DNA of 63,822 nucleotides, the filler included, from Candidatus Zhuqueibacterota bacterium (lineage in GTDB: Bacteria; BS750m-G25), in NCBI GenBank assembly GCA_016783505.1. It is 4 parts of 4 records of this genome, joined end to end, with 100 filler letters (N's around TTAATTAATTAA, not from the genome) between each part and the next. Parts side by side here need not be neighbours in the genome. Positions count along the whole stretch, not along the records: positions 17,010 to 32,992 come from JADHWK010000049.1; 3 more parts are not named here. One strand, given 5' to 3'. Within the stretch, counting starts at the first letter, position 1, and each line of letters begins with the position of its first letter. The notes under the pieces were generated by a model that made no database searches, was not told the origin of the DNA, and worked only from the letters and a program-made list of their open reading frames with translations. Of the stretch, positions 18,873 to 28,593 are shown piece by piece. Both the position numbers and the translations under genes were made by a program.

Positions 18873-20486
18873 ATGACAAATAAACATTTAATATTAGTTT
18901 CAATGTCTTTGGTTTTTCTAAATTCTTTCTTATTTGCTGAAGAATTATTATTTTGGGATGATTTTGAACAAGATATTCCCGGACAACCACCTACAAATTG
19001 GTCTCCATATGGTTTCCCTCCAGACACTATTGGTTATATTGAAATTATAGAAGAGTCAGAATCGAATAATGTTTTAAAAATTCATCCTAACTCAATGGCT
19101 ATGATTCAAAATTACGATTGCCAGTTTCAGTATACAATTCAAGTCAAATGGAAAGCGCCACTTGATACTATTGGCTATATGGCTGGAATAAGAATTCCAC
19201 ATGGAATAACATTTTACTATGGATTTTGGGTTGGTCCGGGACTTTATATTAGCGACCCTATACCTACTTGCCTTTTTGTTGAACATTACAGTTATGATAT
19301 TCAACCAGGTGAATGGTATTATATGAAATTAAATCTTCAAGAAGGCATTTCTTCTTTCAAAATGTGGCATTGCGATGAAGATGAACCCGATTTTATGGTA
19401 AGTTGGGTATATGGGGATATTACTTATGGTTTTTCACTTTTTTCTCTTGAAAGAGATGATCTATTTGATGATGTAACCATTTATGGAGAAATCTACGATG
19501 AATTTAACTTTATTGTCTCAGAAGAACATCTTTTTCCAGGATTAAGAGACAACATAGGTTTAGGTAATGATGGTGAATATATATGGTTTGGTGGAAAAAG
19601 GATGTATGGTACAAGTCCTATATTATACAAATATGATCCAGAAACGGAAGAAATTATAGATTCACTTGAGGTAATTGATGATTTTTATGTCAGAGGATTC
19701 ACTTATACTGAAGATCATCTTTGGGTTTTAGGCTTTCAAGATTCTATATTGTGTATTCTGCAAATTTCTCCTTTATCAGGAGAAATAATGGATACTTTGA
19801 TATGTTCTAATTATCCTTTTTACCAACATGGAGTCGATGGGCCTACCTATGATGGTGAATATTTCTATTATGAATACTTTGATGCGATATATAAATTTGA
19901 TCCACAAACAAATACGCTTGTGGACTCTTTTCAAATACCTGGAATAAGAATTAAATATTTTATCTACCATGAAGGGAATTTCTATATTCAATCTTTTTTT
20001 AATGATTTACTTTTTGTCCTTGACGCTGATGATGGGGAAATTACTGGAATAGGTCACTGTGATTATCCAAAAGGATATTGGCCTGTGGGAATAACTGTTT
20101 TAAATGACTATTACTGGATAGCTTCGGCTAATGTTTGGCCAGCAGACTTGGAAGGAGAACTAACCTTTTATATAACTGAATTAGTTACAAATAGTATTCC
20201 GGTACAAATTTATACCCTATTTCCAAAACAAATTGATATTGATAATTATCCCAATCCATTCAATCCAACGACGACTTTTAGATATGGTCTGCCAAAACCC
20301 TCGGATGTTACGTTAACGGTCTATAACCTTCTGGGTCAAAAGGTAGCTACCCTAGTGGAAAAATACCAAAATGCTGGATACTATGTGGTTCAATGGGATG
20401 CTACTGATTTAGCTTCTGGCATCTATTTCTACCAGATCACCGCCGGCAACCTTACCCAAACCAGGAAAATGCTGTTGCTCAAATAG
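18873..20486 (+). CDS. Secreted protein: lectin-like N-domain, beta-propeller-like region, C-terminal sorting-type Ig domain
   Basis: Signal peptide, acidic/aromatic beta-rich body, NYPNPFNP...SGIYFY...KMLLLK tail. Confidence 0.8.
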   Translation: MTNKHLILVSMSLVFLNSFLFAEELLFWDDFEQDIPGQPPTNWSPYGFPPDTIGYIEIIEESESNNVLKIHPNSMAMIQNYDCQFQYTIQVKWKAPLDTIGYMAGIRIPHGITFYYGFWVGPGLYISDPIPTCLFVEHYSYDIQPGEWYYMKLNLQEGISSFKMWHCDEDEPDFMVSWVYGDITYGFSLFSLERDDLFDDVTIYGEIYDEFNFIVSEEHLFPGLRDNIGLGNDGEYIWFGGKRMYGTSPILYKYDPETEEIIDSLEVIDDFYVRGFTYTEDHLWVLGFQDSILCILQISPLSGEIMDTLICSNYPFYQHGVDGPTYDGEYFYYEYFDAIYKFDPQTNTLVDSFQIPGIRIKYFIYHEGNFYIQSFFNDLLFVLDADDGEITGIGHCDYPKGYWPVGITVLNDYYWIASANVWPADLEGELTFYITELVTNSIPVQIYTLFPKQIDIDNYPNPFNPTTTFRYGLPKPSDVTLTVYNLLGQKVATLVEKYQNAGYYVVQWDATDLASGIYFYQITAGNLTQTRKMLLLK

Positions 20487-20501
20487 CCATTTCCCCATAC
20501 T

Positions 20502-20540
20502 AAAAAACCAGCACCGAAATGATGCTGGTTCTTTTATTTT
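20502..20540. terminator. Bidirectional intrinsic terminator
   Basis: AACCAGCA...TGCTGGTT stem with flanking A and T runs, between convergent genes. Confidence 0.7.
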
Positions 20541-20588
20541 CGTCGTCCTGTTGTTTCAAGGTTGTACCTTGAAACATCAAAACCTACC

Positions 20589-21857
20589 TTAATCAACCAT
20601 CTTCGGTACCCCCGCCGATCCATCCTCCAGAATGTAAGTTTTGTAATGCCTGGGTAAAAAATCGCCAGCAACCGCCATTGCTTCTTCAAAGGTGTTTGCC
20701 GGGATCAACCCCATTTTTTTCACTGTTACAAAGTCCAGTTCGCTAACTAAAATAATTTTCACCTTCTGCAGCTTATTTCGAAGGGAAAGGGCAGTATGCC
20801 CGTTTATTGAATAATGCTTTACTAGATTACACTTCATCGTTTCTAAGTCCGGGTATTCAAACCATTCCATAAACGTTGGCGAACCAATACCCTCGGCACA
20901 CTCCGCCAGGGCAATAATAAGCCCCCCCTCCCTGACGGCGTAAAAGGCATGCTGAATAGCTTTGTGCGACTGAATAAAGGTAGAATCTTTGGGGTAGCCC
21001 CCCGCACTGACCACCACCAGATCGGCTTTCTCCCGAATAGGAATAGTATACATCTTTTTGGCAATCTCACACCCCTTCAGGTGGGCCAGGACCACATCCC
21101 CGGCCACGGCGGCGGCGATACGCCCCCGGTCATTCAGAATAGTATTTAACAGAAATGCGGGTTTAAAAAAACGCAGGCTGTCCACGATGTCCTCATAGAC
21201 CGGGTTGCCATCCAGGATCCCATCCCCACACTGAGGACGGAAGTTACCGCTTTCATCCAAGGTTAACAGGTGATTCTTCTCAATGGACTGCCACCCGGCC
21301 ACCCCGGGCATCATTAGTTTTGGCCCGCCCCCAAAACCGGCAAAATAGTGGTAGAGGATCCCCCCCAGGGCCAGGATCTTGTCAACTTCAGCGATCCTCT
21401 TGTTGATCCAAACAGGAGTTCCCCGTTTCGTCATCCCAACCCATTCGAGCTCCTTCTCGTCTTTCCCATCGTGGGGACAAATCGGATAGCGGTTACCGAT
21501 GGACTTCCCTACCATCCCCAGGATCTCATCCTGAGTGGTGGGACGATGAGTCCCCGAAGCGATGATGATTAGTAAATCTGTTATTCCCTGGCTTTTTAAT
21601 TTTTCCAGAACTATTGGAAGGACTATGTCCCCTCCCCATTTTCGGGTATGATCGGGCACGATGACCCCCACTTTTTCGCCGGGCTGGACGAACCGCTCCA
21701 GGGGTGAGGAACCAATGGGGTTTTCCATCGCTTGACGGACTACTCTTTCTTCGGGTCCAGCGGCCGCAAATCCGGGAAGACTCAACCATTGTGACGACCT
21801 AACCACCCCTGCTGTCAGCCCAACCACTCCCCGTCCATATTTTAACGTAGTACCCAT
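20589..21857 (-). CDS. LarA-superfamily nickel-pincer racemase/epimerase
   Basis: PDHTR, ASGTHR, HYFAGFGGGPK, GGYPKD and QSHKA motifs. Confidence 0.88.
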   Translation of the reverse strand: MGTTLKYGRGVVGLTAGVVRSSQWLSLPGFAAAGPEERVVRQAMENPIGSSPLERFVQPGEKVGVIVPDHTRKWGGDIVLPIVLEKLKSQGITDLLIIIASGTHRPTTQDEILGMVGKSIGNRYPICPHDGKDEKELEWVGMTKRGTPVWINKRIAEVDKILALGGILYHYFAGFGGGPKLMMPGVAGWQSIEKNHLLTLDESGNFRPQCGDGILDGNPVYEDIVDSLRFFKPAFLLNTILNDRGRIAAAVAGDVVLAHLKGCEIAKKMYTIPIREKADLVVVSAGGYPKDSTFIQSHKAIQHAFYAVREGGLIIALAECAEGIGSPTFMEWFEYPDLETMKCNLVKHYSINGHTALSLRNKLQKVKIILVSELDFVTVKKMGLIPANTFEEAMAVAGDFLPRHYKTYILEDGSAGVPKMVD

Positions 21858-21899
21858 AAACCTTTACTCAACATATTTCCGCCAAATCTGAAAAAAAAC

Positions 21900-22006
21900 G
21901 TCATTCTGAATGAAGTCCCGAATTCTCGGGACGGAATGAAGAATCTCATATGATAGAGAATAAAACAAGATTCTTCCCCCGGATATTCGGGATCGGAGTT
22001 ACATGA
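21900..22006. repeat. Degenerate GTCATTCTGA..GAAGAATCT / AGATTCTTC palindromic repeat with nested TCCCG..CGGGA hairpins
   Basis: GAAGAATCT pairs with AGATTCTTC, and each arm carries a CCCG-N-CGGG palindrome. Confidence 0.55.
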
Positions 22007-22257
22007 TCGGCATAAAGTTACATTATGTCCGGCGAAAGCGAATGCGCTAGAAGATCATGAAATCAAGCTTGTCCCGTCCCGAAGGGATCTCTTTATGCAG
22101 AGGAACCCACATGGGAAAAACTGACTTAGGCATTTCTTTTTTGTGAAAAGATAACACATAATTGTCAGATTGTCAATTATTTTTTAATTTTAACTTGATT
22201 ATTTTTGTTTTTATGTATATATTTTACATCAACATTGAATTATTACCCTATTTATCC

Positions 22258-23940
22258 ATGAAAAGAATCATTTTAATTCTCATTACCTTGGCATTATGCA
22301 CCCTATCCTGGGGTCAGTCGGCCAATGTCCCCTTACAGCACTGGGTGTATCCCTACCTCGACCGCATGAAAACCAGGGGGATTGGGTGGAAAAATATTAC
22401 AAATACCAGGCCCTATTCAAGGTTGGATGTGGCGGAAATCCTTCAAGAAATCCATAGGCAACGAGAAGGGTTGACCGGGGTGGAAAGCGGCCAGTTGGAT
22501 GATTTGATAGAGGAATTTTACCTGGAGTGGGCACAGATCAGCCCGCTCCCTGGGGATTACACCCCTCAGTGGCATCTGTTGCGGGCTACGAATAAAGAAT
22601 ATACTTTTCAACTGGACCCAGTGTGGGGGGCGAAATATTTTTACTTCAAGCAGCCAGGCAAAGCAAACAGCATTAATTATTATCGTTGGACCAACGGATT
22701 TAAATTCTACGGGTCCCTGAAAAAATCCCTGGGGTACTACCTCGAAGCCCGCAACTCATTGGTGCACGGAGACTACGAATATTGGGTGAACGATTCTTTA
22801 GAGAGAAAAGACTGGGGGGTTGGATGGACCAACGAATCGGATATTAAGCGAGAGATCTACCACGACGAGGTGGAATCCTACCTCACCTTTAAGCTCCCCT
22901 GGTTCCGGGTCGAGTTCGGAAAGGACAAGATCTCCTGGGGACCGGGATATTACGGCAACCTGCTCTTTTCCCAAAATCCCACCTCTTTTGTCCTATTGAA
23001 ACTGGAGGCCAGATTCGGCCGTCTAACTTACTGCGGCGTAAACGGGGCTCTGAGAACAGATCTGGTTGACTCCAGCCGGGTCTACTTCTATGCCCGGTCA
23101 ACCCCAAAATATCACCATCGGAAGAAGAACATCGCCGCCCATCGGTTTGAATTTTTACTCTCCCAGTGGCTCCGGATAGGATTCAGCGAAATCCTGATCT
23201 ACGTGGATCGGGGGATCGAGCCCGGATACACCATCCCCCTCATGATCCTATGGTCCCAGGAACATTATCTAGGGGACTTTGATAACTCGGTTATCGCCTT
23301 TGACTACGACCTAAGCCTGCTAAAATCCACGAATATTTATGGGTGTCTTCTCATTGATGACATGACCTTAGGAAAACTGGGCACTGGATGGTTTGGCAAC
23401 AAATTCGGATATCTGAATGGCCTTTTATGGGTGGATCCGTTGGGAATCCAGAATACGGATTTACGAATGGAATACACCCGATTAAAACCTTACGTCTACA
23501 CCCATGTTTCGGGGGCGGGCAATTATGCCCATTACAACCGGAATCTGGGCCACTGGCTGCCGCCCAATTCGGACAATCTCTATACCGAATTTAATCTTTG
23601 GCCCCATCATCATCTCCGGCTACGGGCTTCCATTGATCTGGAGCGTCATGGTCAGAATTACTACTCACAGGGGGACACCGTTAATGTGGGGGGAGATGTA
23701 GACTTCCCCCATCGGCCTGAAGATTCTAAAACGGTCTATTTTCTGGACGGCGTAGTGGAAAGAAGGCAGAAATTTGGCCTTTCTCTGATGTATCGGCTGG
23801 ATTACGGAATTCTACAGGATTTTTTCATTAACGTCAGCTACAAATACCTAATATTCGAGAATCAAATTGTTGACCAATCGAATAACACCACCGAAAGCAA
23901 ATATCACCAATTTACCCTCTCACTGGACTACAAATTTTGA
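22258..23940 (+). CDS. Capsule assembly Wzi-like outer-membrane beta-barrel protein
   Basis: Signal peptide, TRPYSR, GKDKISWGPG, AHRFE, LGHWLPPNSD and a terminal aromatic residue (DYKF). Confidence 0.7.
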   Translation: MKRIILILITLALCTLSWGQSANVPLQHWVYPYLDRMKTRGIGWKNITNTRPYSRLDVAEILQEIHRQREGLTGVESGQLDDLIEEFYLEWAQISPLPGDYTPQWHLLRATNKEYTFQLDPVWGAKYFYFKQPGKANSINYYRWTNGFKFYGSLKKSLGYYLEARNSLVHGDYEYWVNDSLERKDWGVGWTNESDIKREIYHDEVESYLTFKLPWFRVEFGKDKISWGPGYYGNLLFSQNPTSFVLLKLEARFGRLTYCGVNGALRTDLVDSSRVYFYARSTPKYHHRKKNIAAHRFEFLLSQWLRIGFSEILIYVDRGIEPGYTIPLMILWSQEHYLGDFDNSVIAFDYDLSLLKSTNIYGCLLIDDMTLGKLGTGWFGNKFGYLNGLLWVDPLGIQNTDLRMEYTRLKPYVYTHVSGAGNYAHYNRNLGHWLPPNSDNLYTEFNLWPHHHLRLRASIDLERHGQNYYSQGDTVNVGGDVDFPHRPEDSKTVYFLDGVVERRQKFGLSLMYRLDYGILQDFFINVSYKYLIFENQIVDQSNNTTESKYHQFTLSLDYKF

Positions 23941-24033
23941 TCGAAAACTATCACAATATACTCAGACAATCTGTCGTCAAGATTTTAATCAGCTAAATTA
24001 TTATCTCTAATCTTGTATATTTTCTGACACCCC

Positions 24034-25119
24034 ATGCTTATACTACTCATTGGATTTTCACTGACTTATTATACTTTGATCATTTTACTCTATGTGGGAT
24101 TGACTCGTTTGAAAAACCCCCAGGTACAGCATATCACCTTTGTTTCCATCGTCATTGCCGCCAAGGATGAGGGAAGAATCGTCCAACATTGTCTGAATTC
24201 CATTTCAAGGTTAGATTACCCTGGGGATAGATATGAGGTCATCCTCGTTGATGACCATTCTTCCGACAACACCGCAGACATCATGGCTCAATATGCAAAG
24301 GATCATGCCGGCTGGAAAATTCTTTCCCCCAAAAAAGGTGATACGTTTCCCCCAGGTAAAAAACCCGCTTTGGAAAAGGGCATTGCCGCCAGTCAAGGGG
24401 AGCTAATCTTCACCACCGACGCCGATTGCGTGGTTCCTCCCCGATGGCTGAAGGGTATGGTCAACTATTTTAACGATGAAGTGGGCATGGTTCTGGGTTT
24501 TTCTACCATGGTGGAAGGGAACGGTTTTCGCCAGCGGTTTTTTGAATTCGAGGACCTGGTATCCGCCATCACCGCGGCCGGGGGGACGGGTCTGGGCTAC
24601 CCTCCCTTCTGTGTTGGCCGAAATCTGGCCTATCGCCGGGAAGCCTTTTACCAGGTGGGCGGATTTTCAAAAATAACCCACGTCGCCTCCGGGGATGACC
24701 TGTTGCTGATGCAGTTGATACGGGACAAGACCCATTGGAAAATCGCTTATTGCCATAATCCAGAGACCTTTGTACGCACTTTTAAGCGGGACGGATTAGC
24801 TACCCTGATCCATCAAAAGCGGCGGCGCTATGGAAAACCGCTTCACTACACCATACCTACGTTCTTACTAGCGTCGTTTATTCTCATCTATCACCTGGAT
24901 TTAATTACTATTCCCTTTTTGTTCCCCGGGTTAATTCTACCGTGGATTTCGGCAATAATAATAAAATGGGCGCTGGAATTTTCCCTTTTCCGAAGGGGGG
25001 CACTGGCCTTCAAACAACCCCATCTGACCGCTTATTTTCCCCTGATGATGGTTTTATACCCTTTCTACGTCATCCTCTTCAGCCTCTGGGGAAGCCTGGC
25101 GAAATACCGATGGAAATAA
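24034..25119 (+). CDS. GT2 membrane glycosyltransferase (paralog 1)
   Basis: VSIVIAAKDE, DDHS, TDAD and GDD; the QxxRW position reads QKRRR. Confidence 0.9.
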   Translation: MLILLIGFSLTYYTLIILLYVGLTRLKNPQVQHITFVSIVIAAKDEGRIVQHCLNSISRLDYPGDRYEVILVDDHSSDNTADIMAQYAKDHAGWKILSPKKGDTFPPGKKPALEKGIAASQGELIFTTDADCVVPPRWLKGMVNYFNDEVGMVLGFSTMVEGNGFRQRFFEFEDLVSAITAAGGTGLGYPPFCVGRNLAYRREAFYQVGGFSKITHVASGDDLLLMQLIRDKTHWKIAYCHNPETFVRTFKRDGLATLIHQKRRRYGKPLHYTIPTFLLASFILIYHLDLITIPFLFPGLILPWISAIIIKWALEFSLFRRGALAFKQPHLTAYFPLMMVLYPFYVILFSLWGSLAKYRWK

Positions 25120-25185
25120 GATGAGTCAACAACAGTTGCTTCATGGTTGCACCTTGAAGCATTACTGGCACTTTTCAGTCAGGCG

Positions 25186-25385
25186 GGCCTGTAGCAGAAC
25201 TATCGCAATTGATAATTTAGGGGTTATGGTTAGAACCGCTCTAAAGAGCGGTTCTGGTTAACTGGTTATTAAAGAAAGCTTTAACCAGAACCTTATCCCG
25301 ATGCTTCGGGATAGGTTCCGCCACTTGCTGGGTAGGCGAGATCTTCAAACGGAAAATCAAAAAATTTTTAGTTGTGCCACAGGCC
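25186..25385. mobile_element. MITE (200 bp), 16-bp imperfect TIRs, 6-bp TSD CAGGCG
   Basis: GGCCTGTAGCAGAACT...AGTTGTGCCACAGGCC, flanked by CAGGCG at 25180-25185 and 25386-25391. Confidence 0.8.
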
Positions 25386-25427
25386 CAGGCGCCTGACTGA
25401 AAGGTTATACCATAACTCATGTTAAAC

Positions 25428-25537
25428 CTGAAGGTAAAATAATTCTTTTCCCAAGATCGTTTCCCCCTGGGAGCGTAGCCTCTTACGGACCGGGCAGGCA
25501 AGACCCTTCGGGCCGACAAGGTTCAACCTTGAAAGAA
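25428..25537. repeat. ~90-bp intergenic repeat, copy 2 (+19 nt)
   Basis: Direct repeat of 18515-18604. Confidence 0.85.
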
Positions 25538-25675
25538 AAATGGAGGGAAGGTTTGAAGGTTGGGTTTCCACTTATCCATTATGCCCTTGTCAACTTTGGG
25601 AACCCCGGGGTATCAATAGCTAACCCAAGCCCCAATAACTCAATAACTTAATAACTTAATGACTCAATAATTTTA

Positions 25676-26710
25676 ATGGCTATGTTCAGGGAAGAATTTC
25701 TATTTATCAAAAAGGCCTTTAAGCCAAAAAAGTTTTGGAATGTTACTAAACTGGCAGCGGGGTATCTCGTTTCCAGGGTTTTTCATCGCCCCTTTGTTTG
25801 GGGGTATCCCCCCGCTGTGATGATTGAACCCACTAATCTGTGCAACTTAAGATGCCCCCTATGTCCCTCGGGAAACGGAACGTTGAAGCGGGAAAAAGGA
25901 TATTTAGCTTTTGACCTATACCGACAGATCATTGATGAGATTAAGGATTATGCCTATATGGTCATCCTCTGGAATCAGGGAGAATCCTTCCTGCATAAGG
26001 ATTTCCTGAAGATGGCCCATTATGCCTCCGATGTCGGACTTTATACCTATGTCAGCACCAACGGTCATTTTCTTACACCCCCGGAGCCCATCGTACGATC
26101 CGGAATAGACACCCTGTTGATTTCCGTAGATGGCGCCACCCAAAAGACCTATCAGAAATATCGTATTGGGGGAGATCTGGATAAAGTCTTTTCAGATCTG
26201 GACAGCCTCGTCGAAATCAAGAGAAAGATAGGCAGTCGCACCCCCTATACGATTTTGCAATTTATTATCATGAAACACAACCAACATGAAATCCAGGATA
26301 TAAAAATATTAGCAAAAGAATTGAGGGTTGATAAACTCATATTAAAATCCGCCCAGATTTACTGTCAGGAAGACATTGGCGCCTTTCTCCCCCGTAATTC
26401 TAAATTCAGGCGTTACCGGGTGGAGGGAACAAACTTTCAGTTAAAGGCAAAACTAAAGAAGACCTGTTGGACCCTGTGGCAGCAGCCAGTGATCAACTGC
26501 GATGGGGTGGTGACCCCCTGCTGTTTTGACAAGGATGCCTTCTATCCCATGGGTAGGATGACCAAGGGAAATACCTTAGGGACCATCTGGAAGGATAAGC
26601 CCTTCCAAAATTTCAGAGCCGCCATCCTGACCAAAGGCCGCATCCTCCCAATTTGCAAGAACTGCGGCGAGGGTCTGAAGCTTCAGATTAAACAGATCGA
26701 ACTGGTTTAA
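25676..26710 (+). CDS. Radical SAM / SPASM(twitch) domain protein
   Basis: CNLRCPLC (CxxxCxxC) and a C-terminal C...PCC...GTIW...CKNC domain. Confidence 0.92.
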   Translation: MAMFREEFLFIKKAFKPKKFWNVTKLAAGYLVSRVFHRPFVWGYPPAVMIEPTNLCNLRCPLCPSGNGTLKREKGYLAFDLYRQIIDEIKDYAYMVILWNQGESFLHKDFLKMAHYASDVGLYTYVSTNGHFLTPPEPIVRSGIDTLLISVDGATQKTYQKYRIGGDLDKVFSDLDSLVEIKRKIGSRTPYTILQFIIMKHNQHEIQDIKILAKELRVDKLILKSAQIYCQEDIGAFLPRNSKFRRYRVEGTNFQLKAKLKKTCWTLWQQPVINCDGVVTPCCFDKDAFYPMGRMTKGNTLGTIWKDKPFQNFRAAILTKGRILPICKNCGEGLKLQIKQIELV

Positions 26711-27645
26711 TGAGCCGAAAAAAAATCTTCACGATCATCAAACTGATCATTACCGTCCTCGCCCTTATCATCATTATCCGGGTCGTAAAGGTAGATATAA
26801 TTCTCTCCGCTATCGGGAACGCCCATTTTGGGTATTTTCTGGCGGCGGCCGGGCTTTTGCCCCTCAACGTTGCCTTGCAGTATTTTAGATGGAGATTTCT
26901 ATTAAGGCTAATCGCCCCCACGATTAAGAACCACGAAGTCTTTGGCTCCTTAATGGTCGGATATACCTTTGGGATAATGACCCCGGGTCGGTTGGGGGAA
27001 TACGGCCGGGTGTTTTATCTCCGCAACTGCAGTCGTCTCCAGGCATTCGGCCTCTCGGTTCTCGACAAGATTTACTCCATGATCGTCACCCTATGCATCG
27101 GAATGATCGGGCTTTTTCTCATACCTAATTTCATTTTAGACAAAAATCTTTATGTGGTAGTTTCTGTCCTGCTTTTTATCTTAACTGTTATTTTTATTCT
27201 CCTTTTCTTTGCCTTAAACCCCAACATCCCCCGGAGCTTATTGTATAGTATCAATATTATTCTTCCCCGCCGGGAGAAAATCAAGAAACTAATTGGCAGT
27301 CTGGATCATTTTCATTACCGGCAAGCCAGGATCTTACTCTCTTTCTGTTTGGCTTTTTACGTCACCTTTACCCTCCAGTTCTTTCTGCTGACCCGGGCCT
27401 TCGAAAATGTGGGCCTTTTCCCGGGTTTTATCTCCATCGCTTCTACCATGGTGATTTTAATATTGCCCATTTCCTTAGCCAATCTGGGTATCCGGGAATT
27501 AGCAGCCGTTTTTTTCTTTCACCAATTTGGGATTCAAAGCTATACGGCCTTCAACGCCGCCTTTATTTTATTCGTGATCAACATCCTCATCCCCAGCATC
27601 ATCGGAATACTGTTGATTCCCAAAATACCCGTTAATAAAGAATAA
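26710..27645 (+). CDS. Lysylphosphatidylglycerol-synthase-TM (flippase-like, UPF0104) membrane protein
   Basis: RWRFLL, TPGRLGEYGR and PISLANLGIRE motifs, with multiple TM helices. Confidence 0.85.
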   Translation: MSRKKIFTIIKLIITVLALIIIIRVVKVDIILSAIGNAHFGYFLAAAGLLPLNVALQYFRWRFLLRLIAPTIKNHEVFGSLMVGYTFGIMTPGRLGEYGRVFYLRNCSRLQAFGLSVLDKIYSMIVTLCIGMIGLFLIPNFILDKNLYVVVSVLLFILTVIFILLFFALNPNIPRSLLYSINIILPRREKIKKLIGSLDHFHYRQARILLSFCLAFYVTFTLQFFLLTRAFENVGLFPGFISIASTMVILILPISLANLGIRELAAVFFFHQFGIQSYTAFNAAFILFVINILIPSIIGILLIPKIPVNKE

Positions 27646-27685
27646 TCGTCCTGTTTGGCTACTATATCTTATTTTTCTTGAACTT

Positions 27686-28462
27686 ATGGATACAATTAAA
27701 ACTCCATTTTTTGATCAGTATGGGGATGAAATAATATTTCAAGACAATTTCGATCTCATCAGGAAACTCTCCCATATTGATTGCTCTGTTCCCAAAAGGA
27801 CTCATGGGCGTAGGTCATGGCACCGGGAAAGGTACTGTCTTAAATTTTATCTTATGCGACTTTTTCAGAATAACCTTTTGAATTTTCCATTTCCATTGAA
27901 AATTAGAAAGCACGAAGCCCCTGATTTCCTTATTTTAAGTAGCGATGGAAAAATGATGGGGTTGGAAGTGACAGAAGCATCAACGGAGGATCATCAGCGT
28001 GTAATGACAGAATTAGAAAAGAGCCCACAAGGGACAATGTTGATGACCCTTGATTTATTCAACCTTGAAAAGTCTCCATTACCCAAAGGGGAATATAAAA
28101 AGGCATTATGGAAGCCTGGCGAAAAGTCGATTGGAAAAGTATGGGGAAATTCAGAGGTAAAAAGAGTATGGATCGATATTATTTTAAGCACAATTATCGA
28201 AAAAACTAAAAGCTTAAATAAACTAAACTTTAAAACTGCCGACAGATACGAGCTTTTAGTTTATGACAATAGCCATGTTGCAGAAATGCTCAATAGTAGA
28301 TACGCATTACCTTTGCTTAGAAAAGCTATTGGTGAAAAGCTTAATCTGGCATCTTATGATAGAAATTTTCACTCCATATCAGTGATTCATATTGAAGGGT
28401 TATTATACGACGTCGCAAATAAAGGGCTTGTTTTGAAAGCAGAGACAGACAATACTGCATAG
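27686..28462 (+). CDS. Hypothetical protein, possible PD-(D/E)xK-like nuclease fold
   Basis: EAPDF...GLEVT motif; AT-richer than its neighbours. Confidence 0.6.
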   Translation: MDTIKTPFFDQYGDEIIFQDNFDLIRKLSHIDCSVPKRTHGRRSWHRERYCLKFYLMRLFQNNLLNFPFPLKIRKHEAPDFLILSSDGKMMGLEVTEASTEDHQRVMTELEKSPQGTMLMTLDLFNLEKSPLPKGEYKKALWKPGEKSIGKVWGNSEVKRVWIDIILSTIIEKTKSLNKLNFKTADRYELLVYDNSHVAEMLNSRYALPLLRKAIGEKLNLASYDRNFHSISVIHIEGLLYDVANKGLVLKAETDNTA

Positions 28463-28593
28463 GTCACAGGCTAAAAAATAAATATCTAAATGCTACGCAC
28501 TTTTATTTGTCCGGGAACGTTATCAGTCTATTTCATTGGTCAGGCGACCGACTGATTTTAGCGTATGAGGATGTAAACAGATTAGAGGCAATA

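Noticed and set aside
25241-25519. 92-aa ORF, plus similar ORFs at 18406-18669 and 29872-30063
   Set aside because: They are translations of the repeats and MITEs; shared peptides reflect shared repeat DNA.
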